Shown here: piece after piece, positions 36,924 to 56,272 of the stretch
How the letters are laid out: every line of letters starts with the position of its first letter
How positions within the stretch are numbered: the first letter of the stretch is position 1
Origin: the human T2T-CHM13v2.0 reference genome, Homo sapiens
Length of the DNA: 64,000 nucleotides
Direction of reading: 5' to 3'
Assembly: GCA_009914755.4 (NCBI GenBank)
Contig: CP086569.2
Location: 61,088,001-61,152,000, forward strand
Made by a program: the position numbers and the translations under genes
The notes under the pieces: model-generated
Database searches by the model: none
Told to the model about the DNA's origin: nothing
The model's input: only the letters and a program-made list of their open reading frames with translations

Positions 36924-39018
36924 ATATTTTTTAAATGAAAAAAAATTTCAAAGGTACTCTGCTTGGTACAATAATCAAATGTATAAACTGAGGAATAAAA
37001 CATAACCATGAAACCTACTTATAACTGCATATGGAAAATACAGAGGATAATTTTTTAAATAACATATTTTGAAAGCCTTAACTAGTAATTTGAAGAGTTG
37101 GCATTTGAAAGGCCAGTATGAATATACCTTCAAAGCAGCAACACAGGTTCCCCATGAGAAAAAGCAAACTCAGGGAAAATAAAACCACAAAGGTTCAATC
37201 TCTTCTGACCTTTGAAAGACACAGCACAGACAGTGGTCCTTAGGACGAAGAGCAGGAGACCCCTAATTCCGTCACCATGGCGATAGGGCATAAACATTGC
37301 TGGGTAAGAGCACAATCCACATTGTGAGGTCCAACTGCTGCCAGAAAGAGAGGAGTGCTTTTACATAGACCGAAAGGTCATTGAACGCTCAGAGTTTTGT
37401 TTCAAGAACTGAATCCCAAGCCCACACGTTATTATGCTGCGCTTCTTAAAACAAGTTATGAGATGGGAAAAAGGGCACCCACAAACATACGTATACATTA
37501 TGTATATAATAATATACAGTATCATATATATAATATATATAACCTATGTATAATATTGTTTTACATCTTGCATCTTATGTTATATATATTGTATAAAATA
37601 TAATAATTGATAATATATGTTTTATATTTATACAATATGACATATAGTATATATTATAATTTATGACATATATAATATATGTTTTATATCATATATAGAA
37701 TATATTATACGGTTAATATACGTATTAAATATAAATTATACATTATATATATTATATATAATATATCTGTTATATATAATACCCATTATGCATAATATAT
37801 ATATTATGTCTATGTTATATATAGTATAAAACAACATATAATAATATATAGTTGTATATATAAAATGCGACATATAATATATATTATATTTTATGACATA
37901 TGTAATATATATTATATATTATATATAATACGTTGTATGTATAATACCTATATTAAATATATATTATATGACTATGTTATTAATTACATATCACATATGT
38001 TATATATTATATATTTTACATAGAATATACGGGTTACATACAATATATACAATGTTACATATAATGTATAATTTATTACATGTAAAATAAAGAATGCAAT
38101 ATATTATGTATAATTTATAATATACAATATGTGGAATGTGATATATATAACATATAATATATGATATATGATATACAGTATATGATATATAACATACAAT
38201 ATATGATACCTAATATATATGGTATAAAATATATATTTTATGATAGGTATTCTATATGTTATATATTCTGTTATATATAACTATTTGAAATTATATATAA
38301 CTGTATAATATTTTATGTAAATATGTAATATAATATATATAACTATATAATATATTATATATAACTATATATTATGTTATATATACTTTTATAACATAAT
38401 TACATAAAATATCATCATATAATATATATTATATTATTTCATATTACATAATATATATTACATATCACCCAATATAAGTAACATACATAATATTATACTA
38501 TAGATTATATTATGTTATATTAAATATCATATATATCATGTATCATATATTCTATAATATATATTATACATTATATAATAAGTATGTTGTCTATTATGTG
38601 ATATATATAACTATATATATAATTATATTATTATACATATAACTAGATAAACGTGTAATTCTACATATTTTCATTTATAATATATAGAATTATATAATCA
38701 TATATAATTATTTATATTCTATAAAAAATTATATCTTTATATAAATTATAATATATAAAAATTATAATATGTACTACAAATATATATATTATATATCATA
38801 TATGATATAGTACTTTGTTTTATATCATAATACATATAAATGTGTATTATGTTATCTATAATTATATAATTTCATATATAAGATGTATAATATGTATTAT
38901 TTATTATATATGTTATGTAATATATATAGTATATATAAGCTGACACAGGATAAATATTATATACTATGACATATAAAATATATGAGGTTATATGTTACAT
39001 ATAAGGCATAGCACGTAA

Positions 39019-39339
<321 letters not shown>

Positions 39340-41461
39340 ATATTTTTTAAATGAAAAAAAATTTCAAAGGTACTCTGCTTGGTACAATAATCAAATGTAT
39401 AAACTGAGGAATAAAACATAACCATGAAACCTACTTATAACTGCATATGGAAAATACAGAGGATAATTTTTTAAATAACATATTTTGAAAGCCTTAACTA
39501 GTAATTTGAAGAGTTGGCATTTGAAAGGCCAGTATGAATATACCTTCAAAGCAGCAACACAGGTTCCCCATGAGAAAAAGCAAACTCAGGGAAAATAAAA
39601 CCATAAAGGTTCAATCTCTTCTGACCTTTGAAAGACACAGCACAGACAGTGGTCCTTAGGACGAAGAGCAGGAGACCCCTAATTCCGTCACCATGGCGAT
39701 AGGGCATAAACATTGCTGGGTGAGGGCACAATCCACATTGTGAGGTCCAACTGCTGCCAGGAAGACAGGAGTGCTTTTACATAGACCGAAAGGTCATTGA
39801 AGGCTCAGAGTTTTGTTTCAAGAACTGAATCCCAAGCCCACACGTTATTAGGCTGCGCTTCTTAAAACAAGTTATGAGATGGGAAAAAGGGCACCCACAA
39901 ACATACGTATACATTATGTATATAATAATATACAGTATCATATATATAATATATATAACCTATGTATAATATTGTTTTACATCCTGCATCTTATATTATA
40001 TATATTGTATAAAATATAATAATTGATAATATATAAGTTTTATATTTATACAATATGACATATAGTACATATTATAATTTATGACATATATAATGTATGT
40101 TATATATCATATATAGAATATATTATACGCTTAATATACGTATTACATATAAATTATACATTATATATATTATATATAATATATCTGTTATATATAATAC
40201 CCATTATGCATAATATATATATTATGTCTATGTTATATATAGTATAAAACAACATATCATAATATATACTTGTATATATAAAATGCGACATATAATATAT
40301 ATTATATTTTATGACATATGTAATATATATTATATATTATATATAATACATTGTATGTATAATACCTATATTAAATATATATTATATGACTATGTTATTA
40401 ATTACATGTCACATAAGTTATATATTATATATTTTACATAGAATGTACCGGTTACATACAATATATACTATGTTACCTATAATGTATAATTTATTACATG
40501 TAAAATAAAGAATGCAATATATTATGTATAATTTATAATATACAATATGTGGAATGTGATATATATAACATATAATATATGTTATATGATATACAGTATA
40601 TGATATATAACATACAATATATGATACCTAACATATATGGTATACAATATATATTTTATGATATGTATTCCCTATGTTTTATATTCTGTTATATATAACT
40701 ATTTGAAATTATATATAACTGTATAATATTTTATGTAAATATGTAATATAATATATATAACTATATAATATATTATATATAACTATATATTATGTTATAT
40801 ATACTTTTATAACATAATTTACATAAAATATCATAATATAATATATATTATATTATTTCATATTACGTAATATATATTACATATCACCCAATATAAGTAA
40901 CATACATAATATTATAATATAGATTATATTATGTTATATTAAATCTCATATATATCATGTATCATATATTCTATAATATATATTATACATTATATAATAT
41001 GTATGTTGTCTATTATATGATATATATAACTATATATATAATTATATTATTATACATATAACTAGATAAACATGTAATTCTACATATTTTCATTTATAAT
41101 ATGTAGAATTATATAATCATATATAATTATTTATATTCTATAAAAAGTTATATCATTATATAAATTATAATATATAAAAATTATAATATGTACTACAAAT
41201 ATATATGTTATATATCATATATGATATAGTACCTTTTTTATATATCATAATACATATAAATGTGTTTTATGTTATCTATAATTATATAATTTCATATATA
41301 AGATGTATAATATGTATTATATATTATATATGTTATGTAATATATATAGTATATATAAGATGACAGAGGATAAATATTATATACTATGACATATAAAATA
41401 TATGAGGTTATATGTTACACATAAGGCATAGCACATAACATGTAATATATATCATCTATAA

Positions 41462-41759
<298 letters not shown>

Positions 41760-43878
41760 ATATTTTTTAAATGAAAAAAAATTTCAAAGGTACTCTGCTT
41801 GGTACAATAATCAAATGTATAAACTGAGGAATAAAACATAACCATGAAACCTACTTATAACTGCATATGGAAAATACAGAGGATAATTTTTTAAATAACA
41901 TATTTTGAAAGCCTTAACTAGTAATTTGAAGAGTTGGCATTTGAAAGGCCAGTATGAATATACCTTCAAAGCAGCAACACAGGTTCCCCATGAGAAAAAG
42001 CAAACACAGGGAAAATAAAACCACAAAGGTTCAATCTCTTCTGACCTTTGAAAGACACAGCACAGACAGTGGTCCTTAGGACGAAGAGCAGGAGACCCCT
42101 AATTCCGTCACCATGGCGATAGGGCATAAACATTGCTGGGTGAGGGCACAATCCACATTGTGAGGTCCAACTGCTGCCAGGAAGACAGGAGTGCTTTTAC
42201 ATAGACCGAAAGGTCATTGAAGGCTCAGAGTTTTGTTTCAAGAACTGAATCCCAAGCCCACACGTTATTAGGCTGCGCTTCTTAAAACAAGTTATGAGAT
42301 GGGAAAAAGGGCACCCACAAACATACGTATACATTATGTATATAATAATATACAGTATCATATATATAATATATATAACCTATGTATAATATTGTTTTAC
42401 ATCCTGCATCTTATATTATATATATTGTATAAAATATAATAATTGATAATATATAAGTTTTATATTTATACAATATGACATATAGTATATATTATAATTT
42501 ATGACATATATAATGTATGTTATATATCATATATAGAATATCTTATACGCTTAATATACGTATTAAATATAAATTATACATTATGTATATTATATATAAT
42601 ATATCTGCTATATAGAATACCCATTATGCATAATATATATATTATGTCTATGTTATATATAGTATAAAACAACATATAATAATATATAATTGTATATATG
42701 AAATGCGGCATATAATATATATTATATTTTATGACATGTAATATATATTATATATTATATATAATACGTTGTATGTATAATACCTATATTAAATATATAT
42801 TATATGACTATGTTATTAATTACATGACACATATGTTATATATTATATATTTTACATAGAATGTACCGGTTACATACAATATATACTATGTTACCTATAA
42901 TGTATAATTTATTACATGTAAAATAAAGAATGCAATATATTATGTATAATTTATAATATACAATATGTGGAATGTGATATATATAACATATAATATATGA
43001 TATATGATATACAGTATATGATATATAACATACAATATATGATACCTAACATATATGGTATACAATATATATTTTATGATATGTATTCCCTATGTTTCAT
43101 ATTCTGTTATATATAACTATTTGAAATTATATATAACTGTATAATATTTATGTAAATATGTAATATAATATATACAACTATATAATATATTATATATAAC
43201 TATATATTATGTTATATATACTTTTATAACATAATTTACATAAAATATCATAATATAGTATATATTATATTATTTCATATTACATAATATATATTACATA
43301 TCACCCAATATAAGTAACATATATAATATTATAATATAGATTATATTATGTTATATTAAATGTCATATATATCATGTACCATATATTCTATAATATATAT
43401 TATACATTATATAATATGTATGTTGTCTATTATATGATATATATAACTATATATATAAATATATTATTATACATATAACTAGATAAACATGTAATTCTAC
43501 ATATTTTCATTTATAATATAGAGAATTATATAATCATATATAATTATTTATATTCTATAAAAAATTATATCATTATATATATTATAATATATAAAAATTA
43601 TAATATGTACTACAAATATATATATTATATATCATATATGATATAGTACCTTTGTTATATATCATAATACATATAAATGTGTATTATGTTATCTATAATT
43701 ATATAATTTCATATATAAGATGTATAATATGTATTATATATTATATATGTTATGTAATATATATAGTATATATAAGATGACACAGGATAAATATTATATA
43801 CTATGACATATAAAATATATGAGGTTATAAGTTACATATAAGGCATAGCACATAACATGTAATATATATCATCTATAA

Positions 43879-44176
43879 TTTTTTTTTAGACAGAGTCTTG
43901 TCCTGTTGCACAGGGTGGAGTACAATGGCGCCATCTTTGCTCACTGAAACATCTGCCTCACGGGTCCAAGCGATTGTCCTCCCTCAGCCTCCCAGGTAGC
44001 TGGGACTACACCACACTGGGACTACACCAGCTGCCACCACGCCTAGCTAATTTTTTGGATTTTTAGTAGTGACAGCCTTTCACTGTATTGGCCAGGATGG
44101 TCTTGATCTCTTCACCTTGTGATCCCCTTGCCTTGGCCTCCAAATTTGCTGGGATTACAGGCCTGAGCCAAGATCC
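43879..44176 (-). mobile_element. Alu copy, unit 19
   Basis: Same Alu sequence at the period offset. Confidence 0.9.
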
Positions 44177-46298
44177 ATATTTTTTAAATGAAAAAAAATT
44201 TCAAAGGTACTCTGCTTGGTACAATAATCAAATGTATAAACTGAGGAATAAAACATAACCATGAAACCTACTTATAACTGCATATGGAAAATACAGAGGA
44301 TAATTTTTTAAATAACATATTTTGAAAGCCTTAACTAGTAATTTGAAGAGTTGGCATTTGAAAGGCCAGTATGAATATACCTTCAAAGCAGCAACACAGG
44401 TTCCCCATGAGAAAAAGCAAACTCAGGGAAAATAAAACCATAAAGGTTCAATCTCTTCTGACCTTTGAAAGACACAGCACAGACAGTGGTCCTTAGGACG
44501 AAGAGCAGGAGACCCCTAATTCCGTCACCATGGCGATAGGGCATAAACATTGCTGGGTGAGGGCACAATCCACATTGTGAGGTCCAACTGCTGCCAGGAA
44601 GACAGGAGTGCTTTTACATAGACCGAAAGGTCATTGAAGGCTCAGAGTTTTGTTTCAAGAACTGAATCCCAAGCCCACACGTTATTAGGCTGCGCTTCTT
44701 AAAACAAGTTATGAGATGGGAAAAAGGGCACCCACAAACATACGTATACATTATGTATATAATAATATACAGTATCATATATATAATATATATAACCTAT
44801 GTATAATATTGTTTTACATCCTGCATCTTATATTATATATATTGTATAAAATATAATAATTGATAATATATAAGTTTTATATTTATACAATATGACATAT
44901 AGTACATATTATAATTTATGACATATATAATGTATGTTATATATCATATATAGAATATATTATACGCTTAATATACGTATTACATATAAATTATACATTA
45001 TATATATTATATATAATATATCTGTTATATATAATACCCATTATGCATAATATATATATTATGTCTATGTTATATATAGTATAAAACAACATATCATAAT
45101 ATATACTTGTATATATAAAATGCGACATATAATATATATTATATTTTATGACATATGTAATATATATTATATATTATATATAATACATTGTATGTATAAT
45201 ACCTATATTAAATATATATTATATGACTATGTTATTAATTACATGTCACATAAGTTATATATTATATATTTTACATAGAATGTACCGGTTACATACAATA
45301 TATACTATGTTACCTATAATGTATAATTTATTACATGTAAAATAAAGAATGCAATATATTATGTATAATTTATAATATACAATATGTGGAATGTGATATA
45401 TATAACATATAATATATGTTATATGATATACAGTATATGATATATAACATACAATATATGATACCTAACATATATGGTATACAATATATATTTTATGATA
45501 TGTATTCCCTATGTTTTATATTCTGTTATATATAACTATTTGAAATTATATATAACTGTATAATATTTTATGTAAATATGTAATATAATATATATAACTA
45601 TATAATATATTATATATAACTATATATTATGTTATATATACTTTTATAACATAATTTACATAAAATATCATAATATAATATATATTATATTATTTCATAT
45701 TACGTAATATATATTACATATCACCCAATATAAGTAACATACATAATATTATAATATAGATTATATTATGTTATATTAAATCTCATATATATCATGTATC
45801 ATATATTCTATAATATATATTATACATTATATAATATGTATGTTGTCTATTATATGATATATATAACTATATATATAATTATATTATTATACATATAACT
45901 AGATAAACATGTAATTCTACATATTTTCATTTATAATATGTAGAATTATATAATCATATATAATTATTTATATTCTATAAAAAGTTATATCATTATATAA
46001 ATTATAATATATAAAAATTATAATATGTACTACAAATATATATGTTATATATCATATATGATATAGTACCTTTTTTATATATCATAATACATATAAATGT
46101 GTTTTATGTTATCTATAATTATATAATTTCATATATAAGATGTATAATATGTATTATATATTATATATGTTATGTAATATATATAGTATATATAAGATGA
46201 CAGAGGATAAATATTATATACTATGACATATAAAATATATGAGGTTATATGTTACACATAAGGCATAGCACATAACATGTAATATATATCATCTATAA

Positions 46299-46596
<298 letters not shown>

Positions 46597-48715
46597 ATAT
46601 TTTTTAAATGAAAAAAAATTTCAAAGGTACTCTGCTTGGTACAATAATCAAATGTATAAACTGAGGAATAAAACATAACCATGAAACCTACTTATAACTG
46701 CATATGGAAAATACAGAGGATAATTTTTTAAATAACATATTTTGAAAGCCTTAACTAGTAATTTGAAGAGTTGGCATTTGAAAGGCCAGTATGAATATAC
46801 CTTCAAAGCAGCAACACAGGTTCCCCATGAGAAAAAGCAAACACAGGGAAAATAAAACCACAAAGGTTCAATCTCTTCTGACCTTTGAAAGACACAGCAC
46901 AGACAGTGGTCCTTAGGACGAAGAGCAGGAGACCCCTAATTCCGTCACCATGGCGATAGGGCATAAACATTGCTGGGTGAGGGCACAATCCACATTGTGA
47001 GGTCCAACTGCTGCCAGGAAGACAGGAGTGCTTTTACATAGACCGAAAGGTCATTGAAGGCTCAGAGTTTTGTTTCAAGAACTGAATCCCAAGCCCACAC
47101 GTTATTAGGCTGCGCTTCTTAAAACAAGTTATGAGATGGGAAAAAGGGCACCCACAAACATACGTATACATTATGTATATAATAATATACAGTATCATAT
47201 ATATAATATATATAACCTATGTATAATATTGTTTTACATCCTGCATCTTATATTATATATATTGTATAAAATATAATAATTGATAATATATAAGTTTTAT
47301 ATTTATACAATATGACATATAGTATATATTATAATTTATGACATATATAATGTATGTTATATATCATATATAGAATATCTTATACGCTTAATATACGTAT
47401 TAAATATAAATTATACATTATGTATATTATATATAATATATCTGCTATATAGAATACCCATTATGCATAATATATATATTATGTCTATGTTATATATAGT
47501 ATAAAACAACATATAATAATATATAATTGTATATATGAAATGCGGCATATAATATATATTATATTTTATGACATGTAATATATATTATATATTATATATA
47601 ATACGTTGTATGTATAATACCTATATTAAATATATATTATATGACTATGTTATTAATTACATGACACATATGTTATATATTATATATTTTACATAGAATG
47701 TACCGGTTACATACAATATATACTATGTTACCTATAATGTATAATTTATTACATGTAAAATAAAGAATGCAATATATTATGTATAATTTATAATATACAA
47801 TATGTGGAATGTGATATATATAACATATAATATATGATATATGATATACAGTATATGATATATAACATACAATATATGATACCTAACATATATGGTATAC
47901 AATATATATTTTATGATATGTATTCCCTATGTTTCATATTCTGTTATATATAACTATTTGAAATTATATATAACTGTATAATATTTATGTAAATATGTAA
48001 TATAATATATACAACTATATAATATATTATATATAACTATATATTATGTTATATATACTTTTATAACATAATTTACATAAAATATCATAATATAGTATAT
48101 ATTATATTATTTCATATTACATAATATATATTACATATCACCCAATATAAGTAACATATATAATATTATAATATAGATTATATTATGTTATATTAAATGT
48201 CATATATATCATGTACCATATATTCTATAATATATATTATACATTATATAATATGTATGTTGTCTATTATATGATATATATAACTATATATATAAATATA
48301 TTATTATACATATAACTAGATAAACATGTAATTCTACATATTTTCATTTATAATATAGAGAATTATATAATCATATATAATTATTTATATTCTATAAAAA
48401 ATTATATCATTATATATATTATAATATATAAAAATTATAATATGTACTACAAATATATATATTATATATCATATATGATATAGTACCTTTGTTATATATC
48501 ATAATACATATAAATGTGTATTATGTTATCTATAATTATATAATTTCATATATAAGATGTATAATATGTATTATATATTATATATGTTATGTAATATATA
48601 TAGTATATATAAGATGACACAGGATAAATATTATATACTATGACATATAAAATATATGAGGTTATAAGTTACATATAAGGCATAGCACATAACATGTAAT
48701 ATATATCATCTATAA

Positions 48716-49013
48716 TTTTTTTTTAGACAGAGTCTTGTCCTGTTGCACAGGGTGGAGTACAATGGCGCCATCTTTGCTCACTGAAACATCTGCCTCACGG
48801 GTCCAAGCGATTGTCCTCCCTCAGCCTCCCAGGTAGCTGGGACTACACCACACTGGGACTACACCAGCTGCCACCACGCCTAGCTAATTTTTTGGATTTT
48901 TAGTAGTGACAGCCTTTCACTGTATTGGCCAGGATGGTCTTGATCTCTTCACCTTGTGATCCCCTTGCCTTGGCCTCCAAATTTGCTGGGATTACAGGCC
49001 TGAGCCAAGATCC
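48716..49013 (-). mobile_element. Alu copy, unit 21
   Basis: Same Alu sequence at the period offset. Confidence 0.9.
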
Positions 49014-51133
49014 ATATTTTTTAAATGAAAAAAAATTTCAAAGGTACTCTGCTTGGTACAATAATCAAATGTATAAACTGAGGAATAAAACATAACCATG
49101 AAACCTACTTATAACTGCATATGGAAAATACAGAGGATAATTTTTTAAATAACATATTTTGAAAGCCTTAACTAGTAATTTGAAGAGTTGGCATTTGAAA
49201 GGCCAGTATGAATATACCTTCAAAGCAGCAACACAGGTTCCCCATGAGAAAAAGCAAACACAGGGAAAATAAAACCACAAAGGTTCAATCTCTTCTGACC
49301 TTTGAAAGACACAGCACAGACAGTGGTCCTTAGGACGAAGAGCAGGAGACCCCTAATTCCGTCACCATGGCGATAGGGCATAAACATTGCTGGGTGAGGG
49401 CACAATCCACATTGTGAGGTCCAACTGCTGCCAGGAAGACAGGAGTGCTTTTACATAGACCGAAAGGTCATTGAAGGCTCAGAGTTTTGTTTCAAGAACT
49501 GAATCCCAAGCCCACACGTTATTAGGCTGCGCTTCTTAAAACAAGTTATGAGATGGGAAAAAGGGCACCCACAAACATACGTATACATTATGTATATAAT
49601 AATATACAGTATCATATATATAATATATATAACCTATGTATAATATTGTTTTACATCCTGCATCTTATATTATATATATTGTATAAAATATAATAATTGA
49701 TAATATATAAGTTTTATATTTATACAATATGACATATAGTATATATTATAATTTATGACACATATTATGTATGTTATATATCATATATAGAATATATTAT
49801 ACGGTTAATATACGTATTAAATATGAATTATACATTATATATATTATATATAATATATCTGTTATATATAATACCCATTATGCATAATATATATATTATG
49901 TCTATGTTATATATAGTATAAAACAACATATAATAATATATAATTGTATATATGAAATGTGACATATAATATATATTATATTTTATGACATATGTAGTAT
50001 ATATTATATATTATATATAATACGTTGTATGTATAATACCTATATTAAATATATATTATATGACTATGTTATTAATTACATGTCACATATGTTATATATT
50101 ATATATTTTACATAGAATGTACCGGTTACATACAATATATAGTATGTTACCTATAATGTATAATTGATTACATGTAAAATAAAGAATGCAATATATTATG
50201 TATAATTTATAATATACAATATGTGGAATGTGATATATATAACATATAATATATGTTATATGATATACAGTACATGATATATAACATACAATATATGATA
50301 CCTAATATATATGGAATACAATATATATTTTATGATATGTATTCTATATGTTTTATATTCTGTTATATATAACTATTTGAAATTATATATAACTGTATAA
50401 TATTTTATGTAAATATGTAATATAATATATACAACTATATAATATATTATATATAACTATATATTATGTTATATATACTTTTATAACATAATTTACATAA
50501 AATATCATAATACAATATATATTGTATTATTTCACATTACGTAATATATATTACATATCACCCAATATAAGTAACATACATAATAAAATAATATAGATTA
50601 TATTATGTTATACTAAATCTCATATATATCATGTATCATATATTCTATAATATATATTATACATTATATAATATGTATGTTGTCTGTTATGTGATATATA
50701 TAACTATATATATAATTATATTATTATACATATAACTAGATAAACATGTAATTCTACATATTTTCATTTATAATATATAGAATTATATAATCATATATAA
50801 TTATTTATATTCTATAAAAATTATATCATTATATAAATTGTAATATATAAAAATTATAATATGTACTACAAATATATATATTATATATCATATATGATAT
50901 AGTACCTTTGTTATATATCGTAATACATATAAATGTGTATTATGTTATCTATAATTATATAATGTCATATATAAGATATATAATATGTATTATATATTAT
51001 ATATGTTATGTAATATATATAGTATATATAAGCTGACACAGGATAAATATTATATACTATGACATATAAAATATATGAGGTTATAAGTTACATATAAGGC
51101 ATAGCACATAACATGTAATATATATCATCTATA

Positions 51134-51431
51134 ATTTTTTTTTAGACAGTGTCTTGTCCTGTTGCACAGGGTGGAGTACAATGGCGCCATCTTTGCTCAC
51201 TGAAACATCTGCCTCACGGGTCCAAGCGATTGTCCTCCCTCAGCCTCCCAGGTAGCTGGGACTACACCACACTGGGACTACACCAGCTGCCACCATGCCT
51301 AGCTAATTTTTTGGATTTTTAGTAGTGACAGCGTTTCACTGTATTTCCCAGGATGGTCTTGATCTCTTCACCTTGTGATCCCCTTGCCTTGGCCTCCAAA
51401 TTTGCTGGGATTACAGGCCTGAGCCAAGATC
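51134..51431 (-). mobile_element. Alu copy, unit 22
   Basis: Same Alu sequence at the period offset. Confidence 0.9.
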
Positions 51432-53530
51432 CATATTTTTTAAATGAAAAAAAATTTCAAAGTACTCTGCTTGGTACAATAATCAAATGTATAAACTGAG
51501 GAATAAAACATAACCATGAAACCTACTTATAACTGCATATGGAAAATACAGAGGATAATTTTTTAAATAACATATTTTGAAAGCCTTAACTAGTAATTTG
51601 AAGAGTTGGCATTTGAAAGGCCAGTATGAATATACCTTCAAAGCAGCAACACAGGTTCCCCATGAGAAAAAGCAAACTCAGGGAAAATAAAACCACAAAG
51701 GTTCAATCTCTTCTGACCTTTGAAAGACACAGCACAGACAGTGGTCCTTAGGACGAAGAGCAGGAGACCCCTAATTCCGTCACCATGGCGATAGGGCATA
51801 AACATTGCTGGGTGAGGGCACAATCCACATTGTGAGGTCCAACTGCTGCCAGGAAGACAAGAGTGCTTTTACATAGACCGAAAGGTCATTGAAGGCTCAG
51901 AGTTTTGTTTCAAGAACTGAATCCCAAGCCCACACGTTATTAGGCTGCGCTTCTTAAAACAAGTTATGAGATGGGAAAAAGGGCACCCACAAACATACGT
52001 ATACATTATGTATATAATAGTATACAGTATCATATATATAATATATATAACCTATGTATAATATTGTTTTACATCCTGCATCTTATATTATATATATTGT
52101 ATAAAATATAATAATTGATAATATATAAGTTTTATATTTATACAATATGACATATAGTATATATTATAATTTATGACATATATTATGCATGTTATATATC
52201 ATATATAGAATATATTATACGGTTAATATACCTTTTAAATATAAATTATACATTATATATATAATATATAATATATCTGTTATAAATAATACCCATTATG
52301 CATAATATATATATTATGTCTATGTTATATATAGTATAAAACAACATATAATAATATATAATTGTATATATAAAATGTGACATATAATATATATTATATT
52401 TTATGACATATGTAATATATATTTTATATTATATATAATACGTTGTATGTATAATACCTATATTAAATATATATTATATGACTATGTTATTAATTACATG
52501 TCACATGTGTTATATATTATTTATTTTACACAGAATATACCGGTTACATACAATATATACTATGTTACCTACAATGTATAATTTATTACATGTAAAATAA
52601 AGAATGCAATATATTATGTATAATTTATAATATACAATATGTGGAATGTGATATATATAACATATAATATATGATATATGATATACAGTATACGATATAT
52701 AACATACAATATATGATACCTAATATATATGGTATACAATATATATTTTATGATATGTATTCTATATGTTTTATATTCTGTTATATATAACTATTTGAAA
52801 TTATATATAACTGTATAATATTTTATGTAAATATGTATTATAATATACATAAGTATATAATATTTTATATATAACTATATATTATGTTATATATACTTTT
52901 ATAACATAATTTACATAAAATATCGTAATAGAATATATATTATATTATTTCATATTACATAATATATATTACATATCACCCAATATAAGTAACATACGTA
53001 ATAGTATAATATAGATTATATTATGTTATATTAAATATCATATATATCATGTATCATATATTTTATAATATATATTATACATTATATAATATGTATGTTG
53101 TCTATTATGTGATATATATAACTATATATATAATTATATTATTATACATATAACTAGATAAACAAGTAATTCTACATATTTTTATTTATAATATATAGAA
53201 TTATATAATCATATATAATTATTTATATTCTATAAAAAATTATATCTTTATATAAATTATAATATATAAAAATTATAGTATGTACTACAAATACATATAT
53301 TATATATCATATATGATATAGTACCTTTATTATATATCATAATACATATAAATGTGTATTATGTTATCTATAATTATATAATTTCATATATAAGATGTAT
53401 AATATGTATCATATATTATATATGTTATGTAATATATATAGTATATATAAGATGACACAGGATAAATATTATATACTATGACATATAAAATATATGAGGT
53501 TATATGTTACATATAAGGCATAGCACATAA

Positions 53531-53851
<321 letters not shown>

Positions 53852-55950
53852 ATATTTTTTAAATGAAAAAAAATTTCAAAGGTACTCTGCTTGGTACAAT
53901 AATCAAATGTATAAACTGAGGAATAAAACATAACCATGAAACCTACTTATAACTGCATATGGAAAATACAGAGGATAATTTTTTAAATAACATATTTTGA
54001 AAGCCTTAACTAGTAATTTGAAGAGTTGGCATTTGAAAGGCCAGTATGAATATACCTTCAAAGCAGCAACACAGGTTCCCCATGAGAAAAAGCAAACGCA
54101 GGGAAAATAAAACCACAAAGGTTCAATCTCTTCTGACCTTTGAAAGACACAGCACAGACAGTGGTCCTTAGGACGAAGAGCAGGAGACCCCTAATTCCGT
54201 CACCATGGCGATAGGGCATAAACATTGCTGGGTGAGGGCACAATCCACATTGTGAGGTCCAACTGCTGCCAGGAAGACAGGAGTGCTTTTACATAGACCG
54301 AAAGGTCATTGAAGGCTCAGAGTTTTGTTTCAAGAACTGAATCCCAAGCCCACACGTTATTAGGCTGCGCTTCTTAAAACAAGTTATGAGATGGGAAAAA
54401 GGGCACCCACAAACATACGTATACATTATGTATATAATAATATACAGTATCATATATATAATATATATAACCTATGTATAATATTGTTTTACATCCTGCA
54501 TCTTATGTTATATATATTGTATAAAATATAATAATTGATAATATATAAGATTTATATTTATACAATATGACATATAGTATATATTATAATTTATGACATA
54601 TATAATATATGTTATATATCATATATAGAATATATTATACGGTTAATATACGTATTAAATATAAATTATACATTCTATATATTATATATAATATATCTGT
54701 TATATATAATACCCATTATGCATAATATATATATTATGTCTATGTTATATATAGCATAAAACAACATATAATAATATATAATTGTATATATAAAATGCGA
54801 CATATAATATATATTATATTTTATGACATATGTAATATATATTATATATTATATATAATACGTTGTATGTATAATACCTATATTAAATATATATTATATG
54901 ACTCTGTTATTAATTACATGTCACATATGTTATATATTATATATTTTACATAGAATGTACCGGTTACATACAATATATACTATGTTACCTATAATGTATA
55001 ATTTATTACGTGTAAAATAAAGAATGCAATATATTATGTATAATTTATAATATACAATATGTGGAATGTGATATATATAACATATAATATATGATATATG
55101 ATATACAGTATATGATATATAACATAGAATATATGATACCTAACATATATTGTATACAATATATATTTTATGATATGTATACCCTATGTTTCATATTCTG
55201 TTATATATAACTATTTGAAATTATATATAACTGTATAATATTTTATGTAAATATGTAATATAATATATACAACTATATAATATATTATATATAACTATAT
55301 ATTATGTTATATATACTTTTATCACATAATTTACATAAAATATCATAATACAATATATATTATATTATTTCACATTACGTAATATATATTACATATCACC
55401 CAATATAAGTAACATACATAATATAATAATATAGATTATATTATGTTATATTAAATCTCATATATATCATGTATCATATATTCTATAATATATATTATAC
55501 ATTATGTAATATGTATGTTGTCTATTATGTGATATATATAACTATATATATAATTATATTATTATACATATAACTAGATAAACATGTAATTCTACATATT
55601 TTCATTTATAATATAAGGAATTATATAATCATATATAATTATTTATATTCTATAAAAAATTATATCTTTATATAAATTATAATATATAAAAATTATAATA
55701 TGTACTACAAATATATATATTATATATCATATATGATATAGTACCTTTGTTATATATCATAATACATATAAATGTGTATTATGTTATCTATAATTATATA
55801 ATGTCATATATAAGGTGTATAATATGTATTATATATTATATATGTTATGTAATATATATAGTATATATAAGCTGACACAGGATAAATATTATATACTATG
55901 ACATATAAAATATATGAGGTTATATGTTACATATAAGGCATAGCACATAA

Positions 55951-56272
<322 letters not shown>
